64,000 bases of DNA from assembly GCA_963701965.1 (NCBI GenBank), contig OY969695.1, positions 4,256,001 to 4,320,000 on the forward strand. Reading direction: 5' to 3'. The stretch's first letter is position 1, and each line of letters opens with the position of its first letter. This document shows, piece by piece, positions 62,550-64,000 of the stretch. A program made the translations under genes and the position numbers. Source of the stretch: an uncultured Gemmatimonadales bacterium (GTDB taxonomy: Bacteria; Gemmatimonadota; Gemmatimonadetes; Gemmatimonadales; Gemmatimonadaceae). The notes under the pieces are model-generated. The model had not been told where the DNA came from. It ran no database searches and saw only the letters and a list, made by a program, of their open reading frames with translations.

Positions 62550-63723
62550 CGTCTGCTTCTACTTCCAGGTCCACCAGCCCTACCGCCTGCGCGCGTTCCG
62601 CGTCTTCGACATCGGCAACGGCTCCGCCTACTTCGACGACCGCAAGAACGCCGACATCCTCACGCGCGTCGCCAGCAAGTGCTACGTGCCCGCCAACCAG
62701 CTCCTCACCCGGCTGATCACCGAATCGAACGGCACGTTCCGCGTGGCCATGAGCCTGAGCGGCGCGCTGCTCGACCAGCTCGCCGCCTACGCGCCCGACG
62801 CGCTCGAGAGCTTCCAAACGCTCATCGCCACGGGTGGCGTCGAGCTGCTCGGCGAGACGTACTACCATAGCCTCGCCGCCCTCGCCGACCCCGAAGAGTT
62901 CCGCGAACAAGTCGTCCTCCACCTGTCCCGGATCGAGCGCCTGTTCGGACAACACCCCCGCGTGTTCCGAAACACGGAGCTCATCATGAGCGATCCGATC
63001 GCGCCGCTCGTCCGCGCCCTCGGCTTCGAGGCGGCCCTCGCCGAAGGCGCCGGCCACGTCCTCGGCTGGCGCTCGCCCACGTACGTGTACGAGGCCGCCG
63101 CCGAACCGGGGCTCCGCATCCTCACGCGCCACTACCAGCTGAGCGACGACGTCGCCTTCCGCTTCTCGGCGCGCTCCTGGAACCAGTGGCCCCTCTTGGC
63201 CGACACCTACGCCAACTGGTTGGCCGACACCCCGGGCGACTGCGTCAATCTGTTCATGGACTACGAGACGTTCGGCGAACACCAGTGGTCGGAGACGGGC
63301 ATCTTCGACTTCCTCGCCCGACTCCCCGCCGAAACCGAGGCCCGCGGCGTCCACTTCGTCCAGCCGTCCACCCTGGCCGCCCGGCAACCCGCCGACCGCC
63401 TCACGTTCGGCCGCCCCACATCCTGGGCCGACCAGGAGCGCGATGTCAGCGCCTGGCTCGGCAACAAGATGCAGCGCGCCGCGCACGAACGGGCCTATGC
63501 CCTCCGGCGGGCCGTGCTCGATACCGGCACGCCCGCGTTCATCGAGCACTGGCGCCGGCTCACGACGAGCGATCATTTCTACTACATGGCGACCAAAGAG
63601 CACTCCGACGGCGAAGTCCACTCCTACTTCAGCCCCTACGGCTCGCCCTACGATGCGTTCATCCGCTACATGAACGTCATGCAGGACGTGCAACAGCATA
63701 CCGAGCAGGCGACCGTCGGGTGA
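62542..63723 (+). CDS. Glycoside hydrolase family 57 (alpha-amylase-like)
   Basis: [40 protein letters not shown]. Confidence 0.93.
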   Translation: MADVCFYFQVHQPYRLRAFRVFDIGNGSAYFDDRKNADILTRVASKCYVPANQLLTRLITESNGTFRVAMSLSGALLDQLAAYAPDALESFQTLIATGGVELLGETYYHSLAALADPEEFREQVVLHLSRIERLFGQHPRVFRNTELIMSDPIAPLVRALGFEAALAEGAGHVLGWRSPTYVYEAAAEPGLRILTRHYQLSDDVAFRFSARSWNQWPLLADTYANWLADTPGDCVNLFMDYETFGEHQWSETGIFDFLARLPAETEARGVHFVQPSTLAARQPADRLTFGRPTSWADQERDVSAWLGNKMQRAAHERAYALRRAVLDTGTPAFIEHWRRLTTSDHFYYMATKEHSDGEVHSYFSPYGSPYDAFIRYMNVMQDVQQHTEQATVG

Positions 63724-64000
63724 CCGAGTCGGAACGGCTCGATGAGGACGCCGAACGCATCCGGAACTGGTCGCGCTGGGGACCGTACCTCTCGGAGCGC
63801 CAATGGGGCACCGTCCGCGAGGACTACTCGGCGGATGGCAATGTCTGGAACTACCTGCCGCACGACCAAGCCCGAAGCCGCGCCTACCGGTGGGGTGAAG
63901 ATGGACTCCTCGGGATCTGCGACCGCGAATGCCGCCTCTGCTTCGCCGTGGCGCTGTGGAACGGCGTCGACCCGATTCTCAAGGAGCGCCTGTTCGGCCT
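63720..64000 (+). CDS. GH63/MGH1-like glucosidase, partial (runs off right edge)
   Basis: [41 protein letters not shown]. Confidence 0.9.
   Translation, partial: MTESERLDEDAERIRNWSRWGPYLSERQWGTVREDYSADGNVWNYLPHDQARSRAYRWGEDGLLGICDRECRLCFAVALWNGVDPILKERLFG

Noticed and set aside
61101..63699. Long minus-strand ORFs (476 and 426 aa), and similar antisense ORFs over the permeases and amidohydrolase
   Set aside because: Shadow frames of high-GC genes with clear motifs on the opposite strand.
1..64000. CRISPR array, cas genes, reverse transcriptase/retron, rRNA
   Set aside because: No regularly spaced repeats or diagnostic motifs seen by eye.

Overview
High-GC bacterial DNA; the gene types (BTAD-TPR regulator, ADOP-type permeases, kinase of the 'ERELGGGGMSRVF' type) suggest Gemmatimonadota, which is an inference. 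The window is dominated by a tRNA-Pro(GGG) integration hotspot. The intact tRNA lies at 60958-61031 (-), and its 3' 43-46 bp recur at 45770-45815 and 14852-14894, delimiting two tandem integrated elements. Element 1 (~15 kb) is an integrative mobilisable element with integrase, Xis-like HTH, MOBP relaxase, MobC, a structured oriT-like region and an XRE/Cro-like switch. Its cargo looks like a defence cluster: Ser/Thr kinase, HEPN protein, RelE/Phd, an unknown protein with a hydrophobic C-terminus, and a Schlafen/AlbA_2 protein. Element 2 (~31 kb, more decayed) carries an integrase, Xis, Dam-like methylase, DUF4238, a truncated proteasome-beta-like gene, AbiE, an IS30 nested in IS3, a BTAD/OmpA operon, a lipase-like lipoprotein with a partner, and the relic of a third, tRNA-Asn-targeting element. 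Bases 1-14.8 kb are mosaic accessory genes and fragments. Bases 61.3-64 kb are a host GT4-GH57-GH63-like operon. Many genes carry single-base indels that may be sequencing errors. All family calls come from motif recognition by eye, with no database searches.
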